A stretch of 64,000 nt of DNA from Haliotis rubra (Eukaryota), in the NCBI RefSeq assembly GCF_003918875.1, contig NW_025767035.1:2666001-2730000 (forward strand). Direction: 5' to 3'. Under the pieces are notes generated by a model. That model saw nothing but the letters and a program-made list of their open reading frames with translations. It was not told where the DNA came from and did not search any database. Position 1 is the first letter of the stretch. Each line of letters starts with the position of its first letter. Made by a program: the position numbers and the translations under genes. Positions 24,046-36,941 of the stretch are shown piece by piece.

Positions 24046-26013
24046 TCATGCCTACACGGATATATGCCTTCCACTATAATAGATCTGATATCCACTTACA
24101 AAACACTTTCGTTAAAACGTACAGGGACCTAATTCTGCTTCATTTTAACTGTAGTTCATCACATGCATTTCGAGTATAATGTAAAGCAAGGGAGGGAAAA
24201 TTAGGAAACACAGTTCGTCTTATCAGTCTGTTCGGTATAAGCGATTCGTTATAAGGAGTTTACTGTATAACCAGGTCATTTATACATCGATTCCAAACCA
24301 GACCAGGAACAGCAATGTATGTCAGGCCAGGTTCCATTATGCCAGTGAATGGTACTGCCCCTTTGTTCCTGTGTATTCCCGTAAAATTAAACTCACTCAT
24401 TCACTTCTGTGTATTCCACAAGCTATTTTGACAGTGCCCGAACTATGGGACAAATAATATTGACAAGACCATTCCATTATCATAAGAACTGTCTAACACG
24501 ACAATGTACCTTCCAGGTATCCATACTATGCCAATAGTAGGATCCGCTGTATAATTCCTATTTTATGATATACATAGGCCTGTTAATCAGTACAAATGGA
24601 GATGACACTAGGGCTGCGCGTGAAGGTGAGCCTGTCCTGCCCCACTGTTGGCATCTGTCAAAACACACGCAAAGGCAAGCCAAGTACCAGATATGTAGAG
24701 TGGATAAAAGAGCCGATGTTAAGCCCATTTCTCCTACCAGATACAAACTATTTACAAACAGTATGGAAGTAACCCAAGAAGCATGTTAATCCTATGCTTG
24801 TGGAGGTTCTATTTTCATCTGTTTCAATTTCATCTAACCAACAATTGTTCACGTACACATATTGAAACACGCTCTAAAAGCCCCCTAAAAAAATAAAAAA
24901 TAAAAATAAAAAAAAATAAAAATAAATAAATAAAAAAATAAATAAAAAAAATTAAAAATCCTACTACTAAGTATTTAATTCTTCCCTCTGTAATTGGTGT
25001 TGGTAGATGTCGAAATCATGAAATTGCTGAAAAGACAAACAATAATTTCTCATTCTTAGGAACACACGTGATGATAGGATGTTTCTTCGTTACTTGTATT
25101 ATACAAGAACCAGTGTAGATAAAGGGTCCGTTTGCCGCCCTTAATCTAACTATGGACCCTCATTCAGATCTATGACGCAATTGCTTCTTGTTTGTCAGAG
25201 ATCATGTGATTAATCTGCACTTTGCTTCAATGTCCACGTGACCTTCTAAGGGAGGACGCCATATGCATGAAAACAGTGGCATTAGTGAGTGGGTGCTTAT
25301 CGCTGGTGATCACATAATGGGAAGGTTTCTCCGCAGGATAAAGCCAGCAGATAACAACGATATCTGCTGAGGTCATTACGGATAACAACGCAAATAAAAA
25401 TATTGGAACAGCTTAGGTACCGTGTGTGACAGAGGGAGTATATTGTACTTTTTATGAATTTACAATTGGCATTACAGGATAAATACATTGTATCACGCTT
25501 GTGCGTTTAGGGATGGTATAGATTGCTAGATAAATACAACGTGTATTCCTAATACAGGGTATTTTCTATCCAAAGAGACAGTCGCGTGACAACTTCCATA
25601 TCCATGACAATTCCCTATATTTGGACGTATTTTTTCCATACTCAACAAGGGTTAGTGTATACTGCTCTAAACAATTTGAAGATCACCCGATTGTGTTCGT
25701 ATGACGTAATTCTGTCATGGTGAAAATACATGGTGTTTAAACTTCTTTTAGCAGGATAAATTGACAACACACAGCCCATTGACAGCTCACCTTGGCACGT
25801 GTATTGATTGACATTACTGAGTCGAAAACAAATGAACTTTTCAATTAATGCATGACAGTGGCATACTTTACAAAGTTATTGTCGCATTTGGAATACGCTA
25901 ATGCTTTGTAAATTAATGTTAATGTTTCTGTAAAACTGCATTAATCCAAATACTTAATTGTTTCAATATTTGTCCAAAGTGCATCGAAATTCTTTTTCTT
26001 TTGTCTGTTTAAT

Positions 26014-26156
26014 CACAGGCTAACTGTAGCGCAAATAGGGCTGCGCAACAGAGAGAAAAATGACCAGTCTTTCTATATGCGAGCGAAACATATATAGAAA
26101 GACTGGTCATTTTTCTCTCTGTTGCGCAGCCCCATTTGCGCTACAGTTTGCCTGTG
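26014..26156. mobile_element. Fully palindromic non-autonomous element, copy 1
   Basis: ~63-bp near-perfect inverted arms around a GCGAGCGAAAC loop. Confidence 0.8.
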
Positions 26157-26756
26157 GTTTGGTTTAATGTATTCAGCAAACATTTTGTGTATCCCCTAAT
26201 TAATCCCCTACGGGCAGCACTCTTAATCCTCAAGCTATCTATAAATGTCAAAGAACAACTCCCTACGTATGTACATGAACGTGGGTCAATGACCTTACTC
26301 CACATGGCGTCACATGTCTATCTATAAAACCTGGCTGAAATGGTCATTCAGAAGAACGGGGTCTAATCATCCACAAAAAGAACGGGTTGCGAGGCCAGTC
26401 CACCGCCTCACCAACTACAACGGAGACGATGAATAATCGCCGTCTGATTACTTCCCACCTGGTTACTATGACTTGTACAGTCTTCTGAAACTTGGTTTCA
26501 ATCTTTGTCATGTTCGGATACGCAGCTTATCTGGAGGTCTGGAGAATTATGAATGTATTAACATCTCGTGAAGATAGGAAGTTAGAAACCTTCAATGGAG
26601 CTCCAATGAGCTTGGATATTCAGAACCAGAGGAAGACTTGTTCATGCAGTTGTTTTGCTTTGCAGAGTTTGGCGGAAGAGACAACAATTTGGTTGAGGGG
26701 CTACTGGACGGAGTACTGACACATCTGCACAGAGCTATTGTGGCTCGAGGGAAACA

Positions 26757-26924
26757 CTGACTGACTGACTGAGTTTAGTTTTACGCCGCTTTTAGCAATA
26801 TTCCAGCAATACGGCGGCAGGGGACCCAGAAATGGGCTTAACACATTGTGCCCATGTGGGGAATCGAACCTGGGCCTTCGGCGTGACGAGCCAACGCTTT
26901 AACCACTAGGCTACCCCACCGCCC
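26757..26924 (-). mobile_element. SINE family A
   Basis: Full length, TSD CTCGAGGGAAACAC. Confidence 0.9.
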
Positions 26925-27922
26925 CCTCGAGGGAAACACATCTTAAAACCCTGATCTCAGAGTAATATATCTTCGTATGTCTGAAAACCCAAAATCGAAC
27001 GCGAGAAAATATATAACTTCTGCCAGGTACATTCTTTCATAGAAAGTACGAGTCAGATTTCAGACCTCCCTAGGGATAAAGTATATCCATCTCAGCATTC
27101 CCTGATATTTCTACAAAGGGAAGTTAAAGACAAAAAGGAAAGAAAAAATGCGATCTACGTAAATTACTTCAATATTGCTGATTAAGGGTAAAAATGTAAG
27201 GCCACACCTTTTTTATTGCTTGGTTTACGGATTTGTTTACAGCAATATTCCTGTCGTAGGTGGTAAAAAAATAATGTTATTTCAGATTTCTTTTCCCTAC
27301 GTGGCTTTCACAAGTAGGCTGTTTTAAAAAAAATAGAATATGCCATCAGCCATTCAGGTGTTCTCATTTCCTACTGTTATAGGGTTTTAAAAAACCCAGC
27401 ATTTTCACTCGGTAACGTTAATTCGGCGATTTTATTTGTTTCTACACTTAAAATCTCGTTTAAAATCTAAATTTGTAACAGAAAGTCGACTTCAATAAAA
27501 TAGATTTTTAAATTATTTATTTGGAATTTATTATCGGCGGTATTAAAAAATGGAAAAATTGATTCCAACCCCCAACCCCCGAAACATTCCTGGATCCGCC
27601 TATGATGTATGTGTCATAGATATCTTTGTAAATTTGGGAAGGGACAGACCTGTGTAGCTCTGCTAACAGTATGATGAACTTAACAGGGTCTTGTATTTTA
27701 GATCCTTGGCGGGGGTTGCTTGGTCGGGTTTGAGAATTTGGAACCTTGGTCGGACATTCAAAAGGTTTTGTTTGGAGGCCTGGTTTGCATTTGCAGAGCT
27801 GGCATGTCAGTTTAAAACATAATTATGTCTGACGGAATTTCCCCTTTTGACTAGTACTGAGTGTTTCCATGTATTTTCTGGTGAACAACTATCAAAAACA
27901 GACATTGTGGAGGTTGGTTTAA

Positions 27923-28074
27923 GTCAGTGAGTATGGCATTACGCCGCTTTTAGCAATATTCCAGCAAAATCACGGCGGGGGACACCAGAAATGGGCTTCA
28001 CCCATGCGGGGAATCGAACCCGGATCTTGGGCGTGACGAGCGAACGCTTTAACCACATGGCTACCCTACCGCCC
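27923..28074 (-). mobile_element. SINE family A with a small internal deletion
   Basis: Sequence match to the family. Confidence 0.85.
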
Positions 28075-28439
28075 TGGTGGGTCTTAGACACGCACATACA
28101 TCACTGATTTAAAGTTTCAGCACCAAAGGTCTCTCTGTGAATATGTGAATGTCAAGCAAGCATGGGGCCAGATCATTTCATTCCGAAATGGTCCACAGAT
28201 AAACGACGGGGGACAGCTGACATAATAATAGTAATGTCTCTGGACACAGATTAAACACTTATTATAGAGTAGTTACCAAGTAAAGTTCGTCATTAGCTCT
28301 TAAAATGTATGATATTCAAATAAGTGCTGTTTCACTATCACAGTTTTACATTTCATAGCCATTGAAAAGAATCATCGTTATTCCAACCTGAAGTGTGTAT
28401 GACATAGAAGATAAGAGAAAATCATATTCTATGTTCAGC

Positions 28440-28580
28440 CACAGGCAAATTGTAGCGCAAATAGGGTTGCGCAACAAAGAGAAAATGACCAGTCTTACCA
28501 TATGCGAGCGAAGCGAGTATGGAAAGACTGGTCATTTTCTCTTTGTTGCGCAACCCTATTTGCGCTACAATTTGCCTGTG
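28440..28580. mobile_element. Fully palindromic non-autonomous element, copy 2
   Basis: ~63-bp arms around TGCGAGCGAAGCGAG. GTTCAGC directly repeated on both flanks. Confidence 0.8.
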
Positions 28581-29189
28581 GTTCAGCGAAGCAAGAATTC
28601 ACCCGAATGCCAATCTAAATGCGGCGTGACAAAGGAAAACATTTATAAGAAAACGTTCACGTGTCACAGTTACCAGGACTTAATGCATACTTGTTTTGAA
28701 AAAGATCCTAGCTAAGTTTAAAGGGGAATCGGGGAAAACAACTGCATTCCAGCAAGTGAACTATCGCTAGAGGCATAGTATGAAATAACGCTTGTGATAG
28801 TCTTATGGCGAGGTACAGCGTACGAATTCACGTATAAGGAAACTCACTGATTTTAAGAATACATGCCGTTCGCCAAGAGATCACCGTCCACGTATGGGTC
28901 CATGTTTGTAAATGTCAGAAAGCTGTTTTCTTTAGAAACCCGAGAAACATTATAGAATGAATTTTATACGTGTGTTCACTTGAATATGAGAACTGACGTT
29001 TACGCACATAAATTGTGAACGTCACCTACGCTTGCTTATCATTGTATATTCCATGACCACTTCTTCAATTCCAAAAGACTGTGAATGGCTGAGACATACC
29101 AATGTGGACACCAATCAGGACAGGATATTTATACTTGTGTCATTAATGAAAAACATTTACCATTATGTAAAATGTTAGAAATATACGAC

Positions 29190-29319
29190 TGACTGACTGA
29201 CTGAGTTTGGTTTTACGCCGCTTTTAGCAATATTCCAGCAACATCACGGCGGGGGACATCAGAAATGGGCTTCACACAATGTACCCATGTGGGGAATCAA
29301 ACCCGGGTCTTCGGCGTGA
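29190..29319 (-). mobile_element. SINE family A, 5'-truncated
   Basis: Family match with TSD TAGAAATATACGA. Confidence 0.9.
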
Positions 29320-30464
29320 TAGAAATATACGAAAACGGTGGCCAAATTAATACGCCTCTGTCATATTTGTTCAGTCTCTCAAATGCTCTTTCTGTTTGAT
29401 GACCAGAGTAACCACTGCAAATTTGGCGGCAAGATGATTGTACATTTCAAACGAAGGTCATATGGGCCTCGGATGTTAGGTTTATTTCCTAGCATGGTTA
29501 AATATGGGAAATACTGTTCCTTCAGGTAGTGATTTGTTCTGTTTTATAGACAGCCTCAGTCCAGTGTCAAGAACTATTCTAAATTAAAACCATCGTAGGT
29601 GTGTACTACCCACGTATCGACAGGGTATTTTCTTAGATTCTGTATGTGAGGCTATACTTCCTATCATGTAACACCGATTTGACAGGTTCTTATCTTATCT
29701 TTACAAACAATTACTGGCAGATTGATTTTGATATCATTAAACCATTTATACTGAATATATGTCTGGAGATAGTTTGTTTCTTAAAATTTGATGAAATTGT
29801 TGCTCTAAGCCAGTATTGTATCTTTCCAAAGGGTCTTTGTAATCCTTGTATTTTGTTGCAATACTAGATATATATGTTGCCCATAAATGTGCCCACTACA
29901 TTTTGATCACATTACGTATCTGAGTTGCAAAGAAATAATTAGCTGGTCTGTAATTAACTTCGGTTATAGGTAATGGAACACACAATTTATTACTTTAATT
30001 ATATCAGATTTATATTTCCACATTAATATGAAACATTTCTTCTGAAAATAATTTAGACTGTAAATGTGAAGGTACTGATATGCGAGGTACTGTCAAACGT
30101 CAGCGATATTAATCCGTCTCAATTACTTGTATAAATACAGATGCCACTGGGGCTGAAGAATCTAAAGTTATATAAAATGAAAACGATAATTATAAATGGA
30201 TTAAATTTGCATGAAAGAAATCTACGAATGGTGCAGTGAACAATTTCATCTTGTTTAAAATTCTATCGATTTTTTTCTCTCTAATTATCTTCAGTCATAT
30301 TCCAAATTTAGATCGAAATTCATTGCGACGTAATTGAATCTGCAAATCAGTGACACAAATGACATCCGATGCATTTCCGATAAAGAATTAACTTGTCTTT
30401 GTGTTTGAGACTGTTGCCCACTACGTGACAGGATGCGCCCACATTTCAGTGCTTTTCCATCTGG

Positions 30465-30712
30465 GTGAGCGAGTGAGTCAGGGGGTGTGAATTTAGTTTT
30501 ACGCCGCACTCAGCAGCATTACAGCTATATGGAGGCGGTCTGTAAATAATCATGTCTGGACCAGACGATCGGGTGATCAACAGCATGAGCATCGATCTAT
30601 GCAACTGGGATACGATGACATGTGTCAACCAAGTCAGCGAGCCTGACCACCCGCCTCTTACGACAAGCATGGGTTACAGAAGATCAATTCTAACCCGGAG
30701 CTTCACGGGTCC
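30465..30712 (-). mobile_element. SINE family B
   Basis: Near full length, TSD TTCCATCTGG. Confidence 0.9.
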
Positions 30713-30729
30713 TGTTCCATCTGGTATCT

Positions 30730-30975
30730 ACCCGTGAAGATCCGGGTTAGAATATTGATCTTCAGTAACCCATGCTTGTCATAAGAGCCGACTAACGGGA
30801 TCGGGTGGTCAGGCTCGCTGACTTGGTTGACATATGTCATCGGTTCCCAATTGCGCAGATCAATGCTCATGCTGTTGATCACTGGATTGTCTGGTCCAGT
30901 CTCGATTATTTACAGACCGCCACCATATAGCTGGAATACTGCTGAGTGCTGCGTAAAACTAAACTCACTCACTCA
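30730..30975 (+). mobile_element. SINE family B
   Basis: Full length, TSD CCATCTGGTATCT. Confidence 0.9.
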
Positions 30976-31765
30976 CCATCTGGTATCTCCACTACATGAT
31001 AGTGAATTCAGAAACGCACGGTAAGTATCGAATTTCATCTTCGTATTGACCTTTTACAACACTGAACATAACACCAGCTTTCCGTTGAGAATTTGAACGA
31101 GATGCTCTCTCCTGTAACATTTTCTGCTATGAATAATATGAAACCAAAATATTTACAGTTTTATTTAAACATATCGTTTCGGATGAAATTTGTTTCTGGA
31201 GACATTGACTAAGGGAATTGAAGAAAAAACAACATATATTTAGTTACATATTTGATAAAGGCATAAGGGATAGTTTTAATATGACAGTTATGCACTTAAC
31301 AAACAGATTATACACAGTGCAGCGAATGTAAGCTCCAGTTTGTCTTTATTTTTGAGAAATGATTTCGTTATACCCCAATCCAAATGAATGCAAAAATGCA
31401 GCTTGGAGACAGTTTTAGTCATAAAGCTATATACAATTGCAACATTAGCTAGGACAACATTGTAACATTAGCTATAACATTGTAGGATATTCTACTATTT
31501 TCAACCTCCAGGATGTTTTCTGCATATTTCATACGACCAATAATCAGTTATTTGTTTTAATCGGAGGCAAACATTTTATCTTATGTTGACACTTAACACC
31601 AAACATGATGAATGTATGGTTTCATCGGTCAAAATAACAGTTAAACAAAATAAAATAAAATGCAATTTAAATTACTATTAATAGAATTAGATACCTCTTT
31701 GTCATGCGCGAAAATACATGGACTGATCTATCGAAACGCTATACGTCAATGCATAGGATGATGGT

Positions 31766-31848
31766 GGGGCGGTGGGGTAGCCTAGTGGTTAAAGCGTTCG
31801 CTCGTCACGCCGATGACCCGGGTTCGATTCCCCACATGTGTACAATGT
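31766..31848 (+). mobile_element. SINE family A, 5' (tRNA) half only
   Basis: Intact head; similarity stops after GTACAATGT. Confidence 0.8.
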
Positions 31849-33307
31849 TTTATCACTAACCACGCTGCCTAAGCTCTAGGTCGCAACAACTTATCAAACA
31901 GGATGAAATCTATTTCGGAACACGTAATTAAATGAGAATCAATTAAAGAATTCATTTGAACTTGAGCAATTTCAAAACAAGGTAGGTGAACCTCCTAACT
32001 ACACTATTTGTAACTGGTGGGCAAACATAGTTCTTGAAGTTTGAACTTTTTAAAATTCATTTAGGAGTTGGACGTACAATGAGCCAATGAGATTAATATG
32101 ACAGTTAATCACCGCTGATAAAGACTAACTAATTAATATGTTTTGTGTAAATGTTTGGAATACACGTTTAGATATTAACACGATTCGATCAAATGAGTTG
32201 AACTATATCATGTTCTATTCTCACCGAGACATGTCTTGAGCCAAAGGCCCATAAGCAGCGCGTAATCTACAGTCTTGCTTATGTTCGGTACAGCGCAAGA
32301 CATGAGCATAGAACGTCCCCAGGACCCCTTCAGAATCGACGTCTCCTTCCCCACGCTAGAGAAGCCGTTTACAACCATATCGAGTTTATGGCGAACGGCA
32401 TTCCTGAGCCATGACCATATACAGAGGTCGCGTCGTTTGAGATGAACATATAAACTGTATCACGCCACAAAAACTCGGACGGTTAAAAAGCAATATCGAT
32501 TATCTGTGGGCGTATATCTAATTATGATTTCTTTCCAAGTGTACAAAAATATCAGATTCTGGAAGCATTTGAGATTATATGTCGGCAATCAAAGAGGAAT
32601 ATTCCCTAGAAACACTGAAGAAGGTTGTGAATGAAATATGAACGAAATGTTACTGGAGATATGAGCTGTGCTGAAGTGGTATACTTCAGCAGTCTGCATG
32701 AACGTAATTAGAGTTCAGTCAATAATTCGGGATGAGGGGGGCGTTAGATGTAACGAACTGGCTTACATAACTGTAGTATATTCAATAACAAACCCCGAGG
32801 GAGAACGTTCAAGATTGTTTTCTTTAACCTTGCCCATCCGTCCGAGGCGCCGCCGCTAGGTGTGTCTCGTAGGCGGGTCAGATTCCTACGATCGTTGCTG
32901 AATGTCAGTGTCGTCTGGTAAACGTCTAGGATATGCGTAAATTCGCCCACTTGACGCTGAAACGCATGTAAGTGGTGGGTTTATGTTGTGTAATGCGGGA
33001 AAAAGTCACCCTTTTAAACATATTTTTTATTCTTGGAGGTTATTTTTAAGATTTGGATTCATATTTGTATTTGAAATTGTTTTTCTTTTTACCGAAACAT
33101 CTCGGGGAACTTGTTCGATCACGAAACGGATGCTGAAGGAGTCAATGAGAGAATTGCCCAATAGATCACTGGGTCAAATCGTGGCAGGAGTCAGACAGCG
33201 ACACATTCCGTGTATATTAAGTGTTCGGCCGCGGAGTAGGTGTGTGTCGTTTCGTGGCAAGACAGCTGGCCTCCACTGACGGCGTATGTGTCTGACAACT
33301 TCTCAGC

Positions 33308-34885
33308 AGAGACTATGTCCTGGTCACACAGACATGTAGTGTGTAGAGACTGTGTCCTGGTCACACAGACATGTAGTGTGTAGAGACTGTGTCCTGGTCA
33401 CACAGACATGTAGTGTGTAGAGATTGTGTCCTGGTCGCACAGACATGTAGTGTGTAGAGACTGTGTCCTGGTCACACAGACATGTAGTGTGTAGAGACTG
33501 TGTCCTGGTCACACAGACATGTAGTGTTAGAGACTGTGTCCTGGTCACACAGACATGTAGTTTGTAGTTACTGTCTCCTGGTCACACAGACATGTAGTGT
33601 GTAGAGACTGTGTCCCGGTCGCACAGACATGTAGTGTGTAGAGACTGTCTCCTGGTCACACAGGCATGTAGTGTGTAGAGACTGTGTCCTGGTCACACAG
33701 ACATGAAGTGTGTAGTTACTGTTTAATGGTCACAAAGACATATAGTGCGTAGATACTGTTTAATGGTCACACAGACATGTAGTGTTAGAGACTGTGTCCT
33801 GGTCACACAGACATGTAGTGTTGAGACTGTGTCCTGGTCACACAGACATGTAGTGTTGAGACTGTGTCCTGGTCACACAGACATGAAGTGTGTAGAGACT
33901 GTGTCCTGGTCACACAGACATGTAGTGTGTGGAGACTGTATCCTCGTCACACAGACATGTAGTGTGTAGATACTGTGTCCTGGTCTGACAGACATGTAGT
34001 CTGTAGATACTGTGTACTGGTCACACAGACATGTAGTGTGTAGAGACTGTGTCCTGGTCACACAGACATGTAGTGTGTAGAGACTGTGTCCTGGTGTGAG
34101 TGTAGTGTGTAGAGACGGTGTCCTGGTGTGTGTGTAGTGTGTAGTGACTGTGTCCTGGTTTGAGTGTAGTGTGTAGAGACTGTGTCCTGGTTTGAGTGCA
34201 GTGTGTAGAGACTGTGTCCTGGTTTGAGTGCAGTGTGTAGGGACTGTGTCCTGGTTTGAGTGCAGTGTGTAGGGACTGTGTCCTGGTTTGAGTGCAGTGT
34301 GTAGGGACTGTGTCCTGGTTTGAGTGCAGTGTGTAGGGACTGTGTCCTGGTTTCAGTGCAGGGTGTAGAGACTGTGTCCTGGTTTGAGTGTACTGTGTAG
34401 AGACTGTGTCCTGGTTTGAGTGCAGTGTGTAGGGACTGTGTCCTGGTTTGAGTGCAGTGTGTAGAGACTGTGTCCTGGTGTGAGTGAAGTGTGTAGAGAC
34501 TGTGTCCTGGTGTGAGTGTAGTAAGTAGAGACTGTGTGCTGGTGTGTGTGTAGTGTGTAGAGACTGTGTCCTGGTTTGAGTGTAGTGTGTAGAGACTGTG
34601 TCCTCGTTTGAGTGCAGTGTGTCGGGACCGTGTCCTGGTGTGAGTGTAGTGTGTAGAGACTGTGTCCTCGTTTGAGTGTAGTGTGTAGAGACTGTGTCCT
34701 GGTTTGAGTGCAGTGTGTAGGGACTGTGTCCTGGTTTGAGTGCAGTGTGTAGGGACTGTGTCCTGGTTTGAGTGCAGGGTGTAGAGACTGTGTCCTGGTT
34801 TGAGTGTAGTGTGTAGAGACTGTGTCCTGGTTTGAGTGCAGTGTGTAGAGACTGTGTCCTGGTTTGAGTGCAGTTTGTAGTGACT
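33308..34885. repeat. Compound minisatellite: 37-bp unit switching to a 32-bp unit at ~34095
   Basis: GAGACTGTGTCCTGGTCACACAGACATGTAGTGTGTA, then GAGACTGTGTCCTGGTTTGAGTGCAGTGTGTA. Confidence 0.95.
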
Positions 34886-35454
34886 ATGGCAGTCGTACGT
34901 CTCGGCTGCTCAAAGCGTATTTGAATGGGAAAGTTTTCCCGACTTTGCCGCTCTGTAATGGTTGATGATGCCATGCCAGGAGTTCAGTTTGTTCCTGATG
35001 GGGACTCGTTTAGAAGAATAAATCATTATGAATTACAGCACCGCTAAAAACCCTTGTGCTATGGGAGACGGGCATTCAATCACATACCGGACATGTACAT
35101 CACTATCAACAGAACACGCAGATCACTTAAACACAGAGAACCGTTTCTGCAGCATGTAATTTGACTGTGCTTTCATGAGGACTCGCTGACTGGACATTAC
35201 CGGAAGAGGATTATCTTAACGGTACTCAGTCCGACCTTCCGGAGGGTGCTATTTTCAGATGTTAACTGTTGACAGGGCCCACTTACGTCATTGATCTCTG
35301 ATGTATAAATGCGTCTAACGGTGCTGTAGTAGTGCAGATTTCCCTAATGGAAAGTTACTGGTCGATTGCCATTTGTCAGTGACAGCGAGTGATTGTTGTA
35401 TCAGTGCATGAATTGTGCGACAAACGGGTGGAACGGGATAGAGCTGAATTGTTT

Positions 35455-35662
35455 TTTGTGTGTTTTACGCCGCACTCAACAATATTCCTGCTATGTGGCG
35501 GTTGTCTGTAGGTATTCGAATCTGGACCAGATTATCCAATGATTACCGATCTCCGAGATTGGGGTACGACGACATGCACCGTCCAAGTCAGCGAGCCTGA
35601 CCACCTAGTCTTTACTATCCTCTTACGTCGATCATTGATTGCCGAGGACAGTTCTAACTCCA
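35455..35662 (-). mobile_element. SINE family B, degenerate
   Basis: TTTTACGCCGCACTC...AAGTCAGCGAGCCTGACCACC. Confidence 0.8.
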
Positions 35663-35690
35663 ATACATTTTGCTTTCCGTTATGTTTAGT

Positions 35691-35799
35691 GTAATAAAGT
35701 TCAGTTTTCCCTTGAACTATTACAACGCTAAAACACTCTAGCGCAAACATCATCGGGCTTTGACTGTAATTATTCAGGGTAAAACTGTACTTTATTACA
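35691..35799. mobile_element. Decayed palindromic MITE
   Basis: TAATAAAGTTCAGTTTTCCCTTGAACTATTACA ... TGTAATTATTCAGGGTAAAACTGTACTTTATTA. Confidence 0.55.
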
Positions 35800-35821
35800 T
35801 TACACTGTCACATGAGTGTAG

Positions 35822-36941
35822 AACGAAATCATTGGGTATTATATTTGCACGTTCTCTACCTTGGTCTCCCCATATGAATAACGCTGCTTTGCAAGCTAAG
35901 AAAATTGCATATGGCATTCTAATATCTCTTTATACGTTTAATCCACTTCCTTATGATTTATTTTTTAAGATATTTGATACAAATGGAGCTGAACTATGGG
36001 GAGTTGATAGCTTTAAAGAAGTCGAAGTTGTACATATGTTTTGTTGTAAACGGTTTTAAAATGTCAAACGGTCGGCTTCGACCCATGTAGTTAAGGGAGA
36101 ATGTGGCCGTTATCCAATGTATATATGTATATATAAAAAAGTTGTTAAATATTGGTGTAAACTATGCAAAATGACCGATTCCAGATTTGTAAAGAAATGT
36201 TATAACATGTTAGTTTTAGACTTTGTAAATGGTAAAACAAACTGGGCATAAAAAATTAAGAATATTCTTTACTCTTTTGGATTTAGCTTTATGTGGGAGC
36301 AGCAGCAAAATTTATGTAATGTCAATAAATTCATATCAGAATTTGTTTTTAGACTAAGAGCAAGTTATGAACAAGAATGGCACACATCGCTTGTAAATAG
36401 TCTTAAATTTTCACTTTATTCTTGTTTTAAAATCTCATTTAATGTTGAATTTTACATAAAAGATATATCAATTTCAAAATTCCGATCGGCCGTTGCTAAA
36501 TTCAGATTTTCTTCACACCGCCTCCAAATTGAAACCGGTCGTTAATTAATCAACCCAGATCAAATAGATTATGTCTTCTATGTAAAGATAACTTTATTGA
36601 AAATGAATTTCATTTCATTTTGGTATGTAAATGTCATCAAAATCTGAGATGTTTGTATTTACCAAATAACTTCGAATCCCACTATTCATAAGTTTAATAT
36701 GCTCATGTCAACTGGCAATCCATATATTGTAAAAAACATAGCTATTTATATACACAATGCAATGAAACTTAGAGATTCACTTCTATGCCAATAATATCAT
36801 ATTTCCTTTTGTATACTTTGTAAATTAACTTATTGTCTTCTGAACTATATATGCACATATGTACCGCTCTGACATCCTGAAGTGTAGCCTGGGCCTATGG
36901 CCTCCACTACAAAGAAAATAAGGATTGATTAATTGATTGAG
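35822..36941 (+). mobile_element. 5'-truncated RTE-X-like LINE (ORF2 C-terminus plus 3' UTR)
   Basis: Broken frame with GAELWG, VKGECGRYP, VKYW, AKFRFSSHRLQIETGR, RLCLLC..IENEFHFILVC. Ends in an (ATTG)n-like tail. Confidence 0.85.

Noticed and set aside
25659-26000. TA|TACTGCTC-type Tc1 non-autonomous ends (also ~279 and ~46505)
   Set aside because: Plausible, but matching right ends and TSDs are too decayed to delimit.
34021-34974. 317-aa His/Thr-rich ORF
   Set aside because: Translation of a 32-bp satellite cycling through all three frames.
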